The notes under the pieces were generated by a model. The model ran no database searches, was not told the origin of the DNA, and saw only the letters and a list, made by a program, of their open reading frames with translations. Positions 1 to 8,678 of a stretch of DNA of 57,748 bases are shown here, piece by piece (within the stretch, counting starts at the first letter, position 1; the number at the start of each line of letters is the position of its first letter). The position numbers and the translations under genes are program-made. This stretch comes from Chloroflexia bacterium (GTDB lineage Bacteria; Chloroflexota; Chloroflexia; QHBQ01; JADMIH01), in NCBI GenBank assembly GCA_036388595.1, contig DASVRN010000308.1:1-57748 (forward strand). The letters are read 5' to 3'.

Positions 1-1
1 C

Positions 2-439
2 ATCACCCATGTTGGCCCGACGGGCAGCGGCCAGGCGGTCAAGCTGGTCAACCAGCTGCTAATCTCGGTAATCATGGTCGCCAACGCCGAGGCGCTGACG
101 TTGGGTGTGAAAGCGGGGGTGCCGCTCGAAACAATGCTGGAGGTTATCGGCACATCCAGCGGCTCGAATTACCTGATGCAGAACTGGATGACTAGGACGC
201 TCTTTAGCGGCGACCTGAAGACTGGCTTCGCACTCGACCTGTTGATGAAGGACCTGCGCGCGGCGCTGAGCTGGGCGGGCGAGCTAGGACTACCCACCTT
301 CGCCGGGGCTATGTCTCAGCAGCTTTACAAATTGGCACGCACCGACGAGACCGCCCGCTTCGACTATTCCGTTGTGGCCTCTATCTATGAAGAAGCGGCG
401 GGTGTGCGGTTGCGACTCGTGCCGGAAGAGGACAGGTAG
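2..439 (+). CDS. NAD(P)-dependent beta-hydroxyacid dehydrogenase family (3-hydroxyisobutyrate / 2-hydroxy-3-oxopropionate reductase-like), C-terminal part; 5-prime end lies outside the window
   Basis: The frame of ORF 74..439 stays open back to base 2 (ITHVGPTGSGQAVKLVNQLL...). GxGQxxKxxNQ and LLMKDL motifs are typical of the MmsB/GarR family. TAG stop at 437-439. Confidence 0.8.
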   Translation: MTHVGPTGSGQAVKLVNQLLISVIMVANAEALTLGVKAGVPLETMLEVIGTSSGSNYLMQNWMTRTLFSGDLKTGFALDLLMKDLRAALSWAGELGLPTFAGAMSQQLYKLARTDETARFDYSVVASIYEEAAGVRLRLVPEEDR

Positions 440-443
440 GCTA

Positions 444-472
444 TTGGTGAGCGGCCCTCCTTGTGCTATAAT
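444..472 (+). promoter_or_regulatory. sigma70-like promoter upstream of cinA
   Basis: TTGGTG (444-449), 17-nt spacer, TATAAT (467-472), preceded by TGC (extended -10). About 40 nt upstream of the ATG at 514. Confidence 0.45.
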
Positions 473-513
473 CACTTCGTGCCGGCAGCCTGGCAGACGG
501 GCAGGTGTGTAGG

Positions 514-1755
514 ATGCGGGCCGAAATTGTGTCTATTGGCACAGAGCTACTTTTAGGTACCATAACCGACACGAACGCCTCATACCTTGCCCGGCGGCTT
601 GCGCTGCTGGGCATTGATTGTTTTTACATCTCACAGGTCGGAGACAACCCGGGGCGGCTCCGTGAGGTGCTGGGGCGGGCGTGGGAGAGAAGCGACCTCA
701 CGGTAACGACGGGCGGCCTTGGCCCCACCGTGGACGATCTCACGCGAGAAGCCATCGCGGAGATGCTAGGCGAGACGCTGTATGTCGAGGAGGGACTTGC
801 CGAGCACGTAAGGCAGTTCTTCGCCAGGCGTGGCAGTCCGATGCCGGAGGCTAACCTGAAGCAAGCGATGCTGATTCCGTCCGCCACGCCCGTGGAGAAC
901 CCAGTAGGCACGGCACCGGGGTGGTGGGTAAGCCGGGACGCAGAGCATGGCGCGCGGACCATGGTCAGCATGCCGGGGGTGCCGTTCGAGATGAAGCGGA
1001 TGTGGGAGCACGAGGTGGAGCCTCGACTGAGGAACCTCAGCCCCACTCAGATCGTTTCACGTACGTTGAAAGTGCTTGGCATGGGCGAGTCGGCGGTGGA
1101 GCAGGTGGTGGTGGACCTCATGTCGGGCGCGAACCCGACCCTGGCACCGTACGCCAAGCAGGACGGCATCCACCTGCGTATCACCGCCAAAGCCGAGAGC
1201 GGTCAGGTGGCACAGGCGTTGATTGCCGGGTTGGAAGAGCAGGTGCGCTCGCGCCTCGGCAGCGCCATTTACGGAGTTGACGAAGAGACTCCGGCGGGGG
1301 CGGTGCAGGAACTTCTGGAGAAGACCAACACCCGCTTGGCGGTCATGGAGATTGGAGAAGGGGCAATCGGCTGCGTGTCGTCGCTACTCGCCACTTCCGA
1401 GTGGGCTGTCTCCACCTTTTCAGCGAGAGACCTGAGACACGCTGCGGAGAAGGTAGGAGCGTCAACTTCGCAAGATGTTGCACCCAGCCTCTTTGAGATC
1501 GTGCAGGCCGTAGAGGTGGGCAGTAACGAAGCCGACCTGGTGCTTGCAGTAGCAGGTCGGGCCGTCGCCAACCCGGAGCGTGAAGGCGCTTATGAGGCCG
1601 AGTGCGAATTAGTGGTGGCGCGGCCTGGTGCGGAACAGCAGCAGGCAGTCATTGTGAGGCACAGGTGGCAAACGGCTCGTTCCGAGGTGTCGCGGTTGTT
1701 CGGTCTGATGGCATTGAACCAGCTGCGACTTGAACTACTTAAACAGGACGTTTAG
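514..1755 (+). CDS. cinA: CinA-family competence/damage-inducible protein (MoCF-type N-domain; divergent C-terminal half)
   Basis: MRAEIVSIGTELLLGTITDTNASYLA and TTGGLGPTVDDLT match the CinA/MoaB-like N-terminal domain. ATG 514 is preferred over GTG 505. The usual ESCTGG-type motif in the C-terminal half is not evident (EIGEGAIG instead). Confidence 0.85.
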   Translation: MRAEIVSIGTELLLGTITDTNASYLARRLALLGIDCFYISQVGDNPGRLREVLGRAWERSDLTVTTGGLGPTVDDLTREAIAEMLGETLYVEEGLAEHVRQFFARRGSPMPEANLKQAMLIPSATPVENPVGTAPGWWVSRDAEHGARTMVSMPGVPFEMKRMWEHEVEPRLRNLSPTQIVSRTLKVLGMGESAVEQVVVDLMSGANPTLAPYAKQDGIHLRITAKAESGQVAQALIAGLEEQVRSRLGSAIYGVDEETPAGAVQELLEKTNTRLAVMEIGEGAIGCVSSLLATSEWAVSTFSARDLRHAAEKVGASTSQDVAPSLFEIVQAVEVGSNEADLVLAVAGRAVANPEREGAYEAECELVVARPGAEQQQAVIVRHRWQTARSEVSRLFGLMALNQLRLELLKQDV

Positions 1756-1770
1756 CTTTAGCTCAATCTG

Positions 1771-3195
1771 ATGAGAACAGCCAGCACAACTGCATATAAC
1801 AGTGCTTGCCCTGTGCCACGCCGCGGGACAGCCTGGCGTTGGCTGTTGATCGGTACCTTTGCACTTATGTTCGCCGGGGCGCTGTTGTCATATAGTAGCC
1901 CCGCTCGCGCCAATGCGACCGCGAACTCTGAGGCCGACACGGTGCGTACGGCCAGCGCCACGCCTGAGGTGACCGCTCTCGCGGAGGAGACCCACTCAGA
2001 CAGTAGTAACGAAGCCCCCATGCCCTCCGAAGTCGCGGGTGGGACGGCCACGCAGCCACCGGCTAGCCCGGAGCCTACCGGCACCCGCGCCGTATCGCCT
2101 GACGAAGTCTCCCCTACGTCCCGAGCATCCGCGCCTACGGGTACTCCGACCCCGCCGGTGGCCTCCCGAACCGAACGGTGGGAGGTGACTACCCTTCGAG
2201 ACCTGGCGGAAACGGTCGGCTGGCCTCCGATAATCATGGTGGACTCGAACGACCGCTTGAGCGTCCGCAAGACTTCGTCCGGCGGCGAGGAGTGGTCGGC
2301 TTCGATCCGGGCGTTCGCCTTCAGGGCCGGGGCGGAAGCCGCGTTCGCAGCCGAGCAGGAAGACGCCAGGCTTGCCGGCTACCAGCTTTCGCAGGAAACC
2401 TTCTACACGTTCCCCGCCTATGAGATCTACTTACCCGGAGAGAATGGCAGGGTTGTAGAACGTCGCTATCGATGGCTCGTAGACTCGTGGGTGTTCGGCA
2501 TCGAGGTGCGCCAGGGCGTGGCTTCGCAGGACGCGGTACGGGCCCTCGCACGCCATCTGCTCGTATTGGCGGGGCAGAACGGACTACCTATGCCCCCCGG
2601 CGTGTTGGACGCGGCCACACCGTCGCCGGAGCCGCGCTCGATTGAAACGCCTGAGGGCTGCTCGGTCCGCTTCAGCGACGTGCCGGAGGGCATGTGGGCC
2701 TACGGGTATATTACCGAGCTTGCGTGCACCGGCGTCGTCGCGGGGTACAGGGATGGCACCTTCAAGCCCCAGAACGCCACGACACGCGCGCAACTGGTCA
2801 AGATGGTGGTGTTACTGGAGGGTATGGCGCTCGATTCGCCCTCCGTCCCAACTTTCACGGACGTCCCTGTCGCGCACACCTTCTACCGCTACGTCGAGAC
2901 GGCCGCGAGCGCGGGGCTAATCGGCGGTTATGACGACGGCTCGTTCAAGCCGGACGCACCCGTAAGCCGCGCGCAAGTCGCCAAGATAGTTGTGAAAGCG
3001 CGCGGGTGGGACCTTGTTGTGCCTGCCTCGCCCGCGACCCTCTGCGATGTGCATGCCTCACACTGGGCATATTCATACATACAGGTTGCCATAGGACACG
3101 GAATATTCACCGGCTACGGCGATGGTTGCTTCCGTCCAGACGATTTTGCCACGCGGGCACAGCTGGCGAAGGTACTTGTTCTCTCCCAGCGATAG
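1771..3195 (+). CDS. SLH-domain cell-surface protein
   Basis: N-terminal hydrophobic anchor (WRWLLIGTFALMFAGALL), a Pro/Thr/Ser-rich linker, a central region I cannot assign, then three SLH repeats (FSDVPEGMWAYGYI..., FTDVPVAHTFYRYV..., LCDVHASHWAYSYI...). Confidence 0.8.
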   Translation: MRTASTTAYNSACPVPRRGTAWRWLLIGTFALMFAGALLSYSSPARANATANSEADTVRTASATPEVTALAEETHSDSSNEAPMPSEVAGGTATQPPASPEPTGTRAVSPDEVSPTSRASAPTGTPTPPVASRTERWEVTTLRDLAETVGWPPIIMVDSNDRLSVRKTSSGGEEWSASIRAFAFRAGAEAAFAAEQEDARLAGYQLSQETFYTFPAYEIYLPGENGRVVERRYRWLVDSWVFGIEVRQGVASQDAVRALARHLLVLAGQNGLPMPPGVLDAATPSPEPRSIETPEGCSVRFSDVPEGMWAYGYITELACTGVVAGYRDGTFKPQNATTRAQLVKMVVLLEGMALDSPSVPTFTDVPVAHTFYRYVETAASAGLIGGYDDGSFKPDAPVSRAQVAKIVVKARGWDLVVPASPATLCDVHASHWAYSYIQVAIGHGIFTGYGDGCFRPDDFATRAQLAKVLVLSQR

Positions 3196-3259
3196 ACCTC
3201 TCAGCGTTCCCCTGCAATTACACCTTGTTCGATGGCATTATGTGCCGCCCCGTTTACCC

Positions 3260-3288
3260 TTGACAGGTCATGAGGCCCTTGGTATATT
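3260..3288 (+). promoter_or_regulatory. near-consensus sigma70 promoter for the XRE-cupin regulator operon
   Basis: TTGACA (3260-3265), 17-nt spacer, TATATT (3283-3288), followed by an AGGAG RBS at 3318-3322. Confidence 0.55.
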
Positions 3289-3328
3289 AGCATCAAACCC
3301 GTTTGGCTACACTAAACAGGAGATCCTC

Positions 3329-4006
3329 ATGACGCTCGGAGAAAGGCTGAAACAGGCGAGACTGGCTCGACATTTGAGCCTGACCGCGTTGGCCCGCACG
3401 AGTGGCTTGAGCAAGGGTTTCCTGAGCCAGGTAGAGAACGGCGCGACAAACCCCTCGCTCCGCAGCCTCCAGAGTCTAGCCCAGGCCCTCTCGCTCTCCG
3501 TTACCGACCTGGTGGCGACCCAGGCACTTCCTCCTACCTCAACTCAGTCGGCCCGGTTAAGGCTGGTCCGCAGGGTGCATGCGGAACGAGACAGGTCCGA
3601 GTTACGGCCGGTTGGTGCAAGCTCACAAGGCGCTGTTTACGTCGCGCACTTACTTCCAGGCAGCGCCCTCGAGTCGCCCGCGGCACCGGGTTCGGCAGAT
3701 GCCTATTTGATGGTCCTTTCCGGTGAGGTCGATTTTACCCAGCCGGGAACGGCACTGGCATTAGGGGAGGGGGACTCGCTGAGCTTCCCCCTCGCGCCGG
3801 GCTACCGGCTGACGGGGCACAAACGCTTCCGGTCGTCGCTGTTGCTGGTGCTTGGGTCTGCCAGGGACCTGCCGCGCATTGTCGAAGGCGCGTACAGGGA
3901 AGCGGGCATGGCCGCTCAAGTAGACCGGGTCACCAGAGTGGACTTCCAGGGTCCCTTGCGCCTGGTGGCGATGAGGGCCGCGCGAACGGCAGAACGGGGC
4001 CGCTAG
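3329..4006 (+). CDS. XRE-family HTH transcriptional regulator with C-terminal cupin-like domain
   Basis: HTH_XRE signature LKQARLARHLSLTALARTSGLSKGFLSQVENG. ATG 3329 follows an AGGAG RBS. The longer track ORF from 3122 overlaps the preceding gene and the promoter. Confidence 0.85.
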   Translation: MTLGERLKQARLARHLSLTALARTSGLSKGFLSQVENGATNPSLRSLQSLAQALSLSVTDLVATQALPPTSTQSARLRLVRRVHAERDRSELRPVGASSQGAVYVAHLLPGSALESPAAPGSADAYLMVLSGEVDFTQPGTALALGEGDSLSFPLAPGYRLTGHKRFRSSLLLVLGSARDLPRIVEGAYREAGMAAQVDRVTRVDFQGPLRLVAMRAARTAERGR

Positions 4007-4008
4007 GC

Positions 4009-4644
4009 ATGATCGTGCGGCCGTTCGGCGGCGGACCTTTCGATACGACCGCCTACCTCGTCTACGACCGGCAGGGAGGCTCAGGGGTCATAATCGACGC
4101 GCCCCTGGGGAGCACGCGAAAGATCGTGCAGGTCGCCAGGGATGCGCGGGTGCAAATACCGTTTGTTATCAACACGCACGGCCACTGGGAAAACATCGCG
4201 GATAATGTAGCGATTTGCGAGGCGACGGGCGCTCAGCTTTGCGCCCACTTCTGGGATGCGGTCCGGCTGGCGAACCCCGGCCTCACCTCGGACCTGGACC
4301 TCGCGTCAAAGATCAAGCCGAGCAGGCCCGACAGACAACTAGGTGACGGTGAAGTACTGCAAGTGGGCGATCTCACGATTGAGGTGTGGCACACGCCGGG
4401 GCACACACCGGGGAGTATTTGCCTGTATGTGCCCGCGCACGGCGCGATCTTCACGGGCGATACTCTGCTGAAGCTGCACATCGGGACCACGGATGGGCCG
4501 GGTGGGAACAAAACCGCCATGCAGAAGACGATAGAGAGGATCGCGCAACTTCCGAACGAGACGAAGGTATATCCTGGTCACGGTCTTGCTACCACGATCA
4601 AGTCGGAACGCTGGCTACTCGATATTGCTACTGCTGAAGGCTGA
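4009..4644 (+). CDS. MBL-fold metallo-hydrolase (glyoxalase II-like)
   Basis: THGHWEN (variant of HxHxDH), HTPGHTPGS, FTGDTLL and YPGHG motifs in the MBL order. Lies 2 nt after the regulator stop, so probably co-transcribed. Confidence 0.85.
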   Translation: MIVRPFGGGPFDTTAYLVYDRQGGSGVIIDAPLGSTRKIVQVARDARVQIPFVINTHGHWENIADNVAICEATGAQLCAHFWDAVRLANPGLTSDLDLASKIKPSRPDRQLGDGEVLQVGDLTIEVWHTPGHTPGSICLYVPAHGAIFTGDTLLKLHIGTTDGPGGNKTAMQKTIERIAQLPNETKVYPGHGLATTIKSERWLLDIATAEG

Positions 4645-4694
4645 GCAAGCCGACGGCACTCGGAACAGCCACACACTAGACGGAGGAACACCAC

Positions 4695-6722
4695 ATGGCC
4701 GACGAACGTATGCGACTCATGGCGCTAGTGCGGTCGGAGAGCAGCGTAGGGCACGCTGAGCGGAGCGCCGCCCCCTATAACCTGAACACGGGCGATAACG
4801 AATGGTTCCTGGCGAACATTTCTTGCCAGTATGCCTGCCCAGCCTACACGGATGTCGCCCGCTACATCGCCCACATCGCGACCGAAGACTACGAGTCCTC
4901 TTACCAGGTGAACCTGGAGGACAACGTCATACCCGGCATCCTGGGCCGCGTTTGCGCGCGGCCATGCGAGCCTGCCTGCCGTCGCGGTCGCCTTGACGAA
5001 CCGATAGCTATCTGCTGGCTCAAGCGCGTGGCTGCCGACTATCGCGGCCCCTGGACCCCGCCTCCGGCCGCCCCTCGCACCAGCGAAAAGACTGTAGCGG
5101 TAATCGGGGCCGGGCCGACCGGCATCGCGGCTGCCCGCGACCTCGCGAAGCTCGGGTACGGCGTAACCGTATACGAGGCTTTGCCAGTGGCGGGCGGCAT
5201 GCTCACCGCCGGCATTCCCGAGTGGCGGTTGCCCCGCGACCTTTGCCGCCGCGAGATTGACGAGTACCTGACCGCCCTCGGGGTGGAAATCAGGCTCAAC
5301 ACGCCGATTGGCTTTGGTACTTATCCCGGCGCGGAGCCTGCCAACGAGAACGCTATCCCGCTGGACGAACTGATGACGATGCACGACGCCGTGCTCATTG
5401 CCGCAGGCACCCAGCACCCACAGGAGATGGAGATCGCGGGCGAGGACTACGAGTCGCTCAGCGGCCTGTTCCCCGGCCTATGGTTCATGGAGCGTGTCAA
5501 CCTCCACCAGCAGGTCGACGTGGGCAAGAGGGTGGCCGTCATCGGCGGTGGCTTCACCGCGATGGACTGCTCGCGTTCGTCGCTGCGTATGGGCGCGGAG
5601 AAGGTGTACGTGCTGTATCGCCGCTCGCGGAACGAGATGCTCGTGTACGAGGAAGAGGCGCGTGAGGCCGAGATCGAGGGCGTGGACTTCCGCTTCCTGG
5701 TGTCGCCGCTGGAAATATTGCAGGAGAACGGCAAGGTGGTCGGCCTCAAGTGTATCAGGAACCGCCTGGGCGACCCTGACGCGAGCGGCCGCCGCTCCCC
5801 GGTGCCGATACCCGGCTCGGAATTTGTGCTGGAGCTTGACAGCGTTATAGCCGCCACGGGCCAGAACAGCGAGACCGCCTGGGTGCCGGAAAGCGTGGGC
5901 ATGAAGGTCAATCGACGGGGGCGGCCCGAAACTGACAAGTTGAACTGGAGCACCTCGGTGCCCGGCCTCTTCGCCGCGGGCGACTTTGTGGAGGGCGCCC
6001 GCACGATCATTGCCTGTGTGGCTGACGGCCAGAAGGCAGCCATAGCGATAGACCAGTTCCTGAAGGGTGTCGATACGAAGACCGATAAGGTGCAGTTGCA
6101 GGCAGACTTCGCGCTGGTGCCGTACCTCGATTACGTGTCGGATTACCACCTGGACGTGACGAGAGGGATTATGGACTGGGCCGAGGTCGAAACGGTGCGT
6201 GAAGAGACCGCGCCGGAGGCCACCGTCCGCATGTCGTGGCAGCCGATTTCCCTCTGGACCGCCGACACAATGCAGCGCAGGTTGGTGGACGGCGACGACT
6301 ACGATGCCGTGCCCAGGCAGCATATGCCCATGTTGCCGGTAAACCAGCGCTTCAACCTGGAGACGGAAGTCGAGCTCGGCTTCCACAAGCACGAGGCGTT
6401 CCAGGAGGCCAAGCGCTGCCTGCAATGCCAGTTGAACATCTTCCTGGATGGAGACAACTGCATCCTGTGCAATGCCTGCGTGGAGGTCTGCCCGACGAAC
6501 GTGATTCACATGGCCGACCTCGGCCTCATAGACTCGGTCAACGGCAGCGAAGAGGAGCCAAGATTGGTGGAAGCCCGCGCTTGGAAGCATGGAGCGGCCA
6601 TGATTATGGACGAGTACCTCTGCATCCGGTGCGGCCTCTGCTCTCAAATCTGCCCGACGAACTGCATTACCATGCAGCACTACGAGCCGAAGCTGGTCCG
6701 CGGCGAACTCCTGGTACCATAG
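4695..6722 (+). CDS. GltD-like NAD(P)H-dependent Fe-S flavoprotein fused to a 2x[4Fe-4S] ferredoxin domain
   Basis: N-terminal Cys clusters (CQYACPAYTD, CARPCEPAC), two dinucleotide-binding motifs (VIGAGPTGIAAA, VIGGGFTAMD), and C-terminal CLQCQ..CNACVEVCP and CIRCGLCSQICP. GGAGGA RBS before ATG 4695. Confidence 0.85.
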   Translation: MADERMRLMALVRSESSVGHAERSAAPYNLNTGDNEWFLANISCQYACPAYTDVARYIAHIATEDYESSYQVNLEDNVIPGILGRVCARPCEPACRRGRLDEPIAICWLKRVAADYRGPWTPPPAAPRTSEKTVAVIGAGPTGIAAARDLAKLGYGVTVYEALPVAGGMLTAGIPEWRLPRDLCRREIDEYLTALGVEIRLNTPIGFGTYPGAEPANENAIPLDELMTMHDAVLIAAGTQHPQEMEIAGEDYESLSGLFPGLWFMERVNLHQQVDVGKRVAVIGGGFTAMDCSRSSLRMGAEKVYVLYRRSRNEMLVYEEEAREAEIEGVDFRFLVSPLEILQENGKVVGLKCIRNRLGDPDASGRRSPVPIPGSEFVLELDSVIAATGQNSETAWVPESVGMKVNRRGRPETDKLNWSTSVPGLFAAGDFVEGARTIIACVADGQKAAIAIDQFLKGVDTKTDKVQLQADFALVPYLDYVSDYHLDVTRGIMDWAEVETVREETAPEATVRMSWQPISLWTADTMQRRLVDGDDYDAVPRQHMPMLPVNQRFNLETEVELGFHKHEAFQEAKRCLQCQLNIFLDGDNCILCNACVEVCPTNVIHMADLGLIDSVNGSEEEPRLVEARAWKHGAAMIMDEYLCIRCGLCSQICPTNCITMQHYEPKLVRGELLVP

Positions 6723-6724
6723 GA

Positions 6725-6886
6725 GGACGATGGACGATGGACGATGGACGATGGACGATGGTAGGAGGCGGAAACGCCAAGACGCCAAGTACGCCAAGCA
6801 CGCGCAAAGAGGATGATGGCTTAGAACTATCTAACCACTGACGGCTAACCACTCGTCCATCGTCCATCGTCCATCGTCCATCGTCC
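6725..6886. repeat. Inverted pair of heptamer tandem arrays: (GGACGAT)x5 ... (ATCGTCC)x4 plus one partial unit, enclosing ACGCCAAG repeats
   Basis: Read directly. GGACGAT x5 at 6725-6759. TCGTCC plus ATCGTCC x4 at 6853-6886. Up to 34 nt of perfect complementarity. The roughly 93-nt interior holds three ACGCCAAG units (6774-6798) and a duplicated CTAACCAC. Confidence 0.9.
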
Positions 6887-6904
6887 CCTCGGCGGCCTGA
6901 GTTA

Positions 6905-6913
6905 TGCTATAAT
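6905..6913 (+). promoter_or_regulatory. extended -10 element (TGCTATAAT) upstream of the lipoprotein gene
   Basis: TGCTATAAT is the same 9-mer as at 464-472. There is no good -35. AGGAGGA RBS at 6942-6948 precedes GTG 6955. Confidence 0.35.
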
Positions 6914-6954
6914 CCCACGTCGGTGATCAAGCACATCTACCAGGAGGAAGCGTT

Positions 6955-8103
6955 GTGTCACTAATTCGACACGCCCGGCGAAAGTCTACCGTTCTAGTTG
7001 CGCTTGTGGCGTTGGCTGGGGGGCTGCTGGCGGGCTGCGCCGGACCTACGGCTATCAGCGAGGGTGGCAGCACCGGCAAGTACGACGTGAAGGTCAGGCT
7101 CGACCCGGTCCACCTTAATCCCCCGGCGCTGGGTACTCTCTCCTTCGAGGTAAGCGACCAGACGAACGGTAAGCAGGTCACTCAGTTCGCGCCGGTGTTC
7201 GACATCAGCGACCTGATGCACACCATCATCATTCACCGGGACGCGACCTTCTTCCGGCATAGCTTCACCGACCGCCTTGTGCTTGGTTCTGCCAGCGTGC
7301 CCGCCGCGTTCCCCGAGATGGGCACGTATTACACCTGGACGTACTTCAGGCCCGATGGGGCCGAGCTACAGGTCTTCAAGACGAAGGTACAGACCGGCAC
7401 CGAGCCGGTGGTGCAGGCTCAGGACGAGGACTTGAGACCTAAAGTCTCTTACGGTATCCGGGTTGAGCTACTGCACGGTGAGGAGGCGTGGCATGCCGGG
7501 GAGCCTGTCCAGCTAGCCTTCCGCGTGACGCAGCGCGGCTACCCGGTACGCGACCTACAGGCGTACTTCGGCGCGCCCGGCCACCTGTGGATACTTGAGC
7601 TTCCCCACGAGGGCGATGCGGCACACGCTGATGAAGACGCGGATGCCGTACCGGAGCTTGATCACGAGATGGGTAGCGCCCCGTTTTATCGCGCCCCGCA
7701 AGCCACTCCGGAAGCGGGACAAACCCCTGACGAGGGGGGAGAGGGCGACGAGGGACAGAGCGAGACTACGGACTCCGGCCTGCCCCATAGCGGCAATCTC
7801 GTTGGCAGCGACAACGTAGGCGGCGGCAGGGCACCAACGCCTCCGGCGCCCACTTTCCAGCCTGGGGTGGCGACGGCCATTGCTACCCTGACCGCGCAGC
7901 CGGTCTCCACGATGCTGCCTGTGCAGCAGACGGCGCAGTCCTCGGTCATAGGGACGCCGGTAGTGCAACCTGGGGTAGGATATGGTCCAGAAGTCGCGTT
8001 CACCCATATTTTCCCACGTGCGGGACTCTACAAGGTGTGGCTGGAGATTCTCCACGGGAGCGAGGTCATCCTTACCGACTTCGTAGTGCACATCGAGGAA
8101 TAG
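6955..8103 (+). CDS. secreted lipoprotein of unknown function (possibly YtkA/FixH-like metal-associated fold)
   Basis: Signal peptide with lipobox LLAGC (STVLVALVALAGGLLAGCAG). Beta-rich segments at both ends, with an acidic Pro/Gly-rich middle. The fold assignment rests only on general sequence resemblance. Confidence 0.65.
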   Translation: MSLIRHARRKSTVLVALVALAGGLLAGCAGPTAISEGGSTGKYDVKVRLDPVHLNPPALGTLSFEVSDQTNGKQVTQFAPVFDISDLMHTIIIHRDATFFRHSFTDRLVLGSASVPAAFPEMGTYYTWTYFRPDGAELQVFKTKVQTGTEPVVQAQDEDLRPKVSYGIRVELLHGEEAWHAGEPVQLAFRVTQRGYPVRDLQAYFGAPGHLWILELPHEGDAAHADEDADAVPELDHEMGSAPFYRAPQATPEAGQTPDEGGEGDEGQSETTDSGLPHSGNLVGSDNVGGGRAPTPPAPTFQPGVATAIATLTAQPVSTMLPVQQTAQSSVIGTPVVQPGVGYGPEVAFTHIFPRAGLYKVWLEILHGSEVILTDFVVHIEE

Positions 8104-8120
8104 CAAAGTAGAGGAGTTTG

Positions 8121-8636
8121 ATGCAGCCCACACACCACGACCCGGACGTAGCCACGGTTGCAACGACAGCCACTCGCGGTATCCAGCTTACGGTAAATGG
8201 CAAGGAATATAGCATCCAGGTGCCGGCCAGGCGCACCCTGCTCGACCTGCTGCGGGACCAACTTGCGCTCACCGGCACCAAGAAGGTGTGCGACATGGGC
8301 CACTGCGGTGCCTGCACCGTCCTACGCGACGGCACGGCGGTGCTCTCATGCCTGACGCTGGCCTCCGCCTGCGATGGGGCCGAGATAGTCACGGTAGAGG
8401 GGCTGGCGGGGGCGGACGGCACTCTGTCGGCTCTTCAGCAGGCTTTCATCGATTGCGATGCTTTCCAGTGTGGCTTTTGCACGCCAGGCCAGCTTATCTC
8501 CGCAACCGCGCTGCTCGTAGAGAACCCAACGCCCAACAGGGAAGAAATACAGGCTTACATGGCGGGTAATCTCTGCCGTTGCGGGGCCTACAGCGGTATT
8601 GTCGATGCGATTGAGCAGGCATCGCGGCAAGAATAG
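8121..8636 (+). CDS. xanthine dehydrogenase-family (2Fe-2S)-binding small subunit
   Basis: CDMGHCGACTV and QCGFCTPGQ cluster motifs. GAGGAG RBS at 8111-8116, ATG at 8121. Confidence 0.9.
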   Translation: MQPTHHDPDVATVATTATRGIQLTVNGKEYSIQVPARRTLLDLLRDQLALTGTKKVCDMGHCGACTVLRDGTAVLSCLTLASACDGAEIVTVEGLAGADGTLSALQQAFIDCDAFQCGFCTPGQLISATALLVENPTPNREEIQAYMAGNLCRCGAYSGIVDAIEQASRQE

Positions 8637-8678
8637 CTACCGCGTTTCTAACCTTCCAAGCAACAGTCAGGAGCAACC

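Noticed and set aside
5478-6797. 439-aa minus-strand ORF, and other long antisense or off-frame ORFs in the track (for example 4725..5417, 44343..45050, 49580..50824, 52903..53730, 55329..55964, 36194..36694)
   Set aside because: Each fully overlaps a gene with clear family motifs on the other strand or frame. Their translations are Arg/Ala/Gly/His/Pro-rich with no motifs or RBS. These are typical shadow ORFs of high-GC DNA.
6236-6867. ORFs reading through the heptamer arrays (6236..6841 plus strand and 6667..6867 minus strand, giving MDDGRWTMDDGRWT-type peptides)
   Set aside because: The repeated peptide comes from translating a 7-nt tandem repeat. The ORFs otherwise overlap the GltD-like gene off-frame and have no start signals.
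6725-6886. Possible CRISPR array
   Set aside because: The units are 7 nt, directly abutting with no spacers, and arranged as two inverted blocks. No cas genes are in the window. This does not fit CRISPR.
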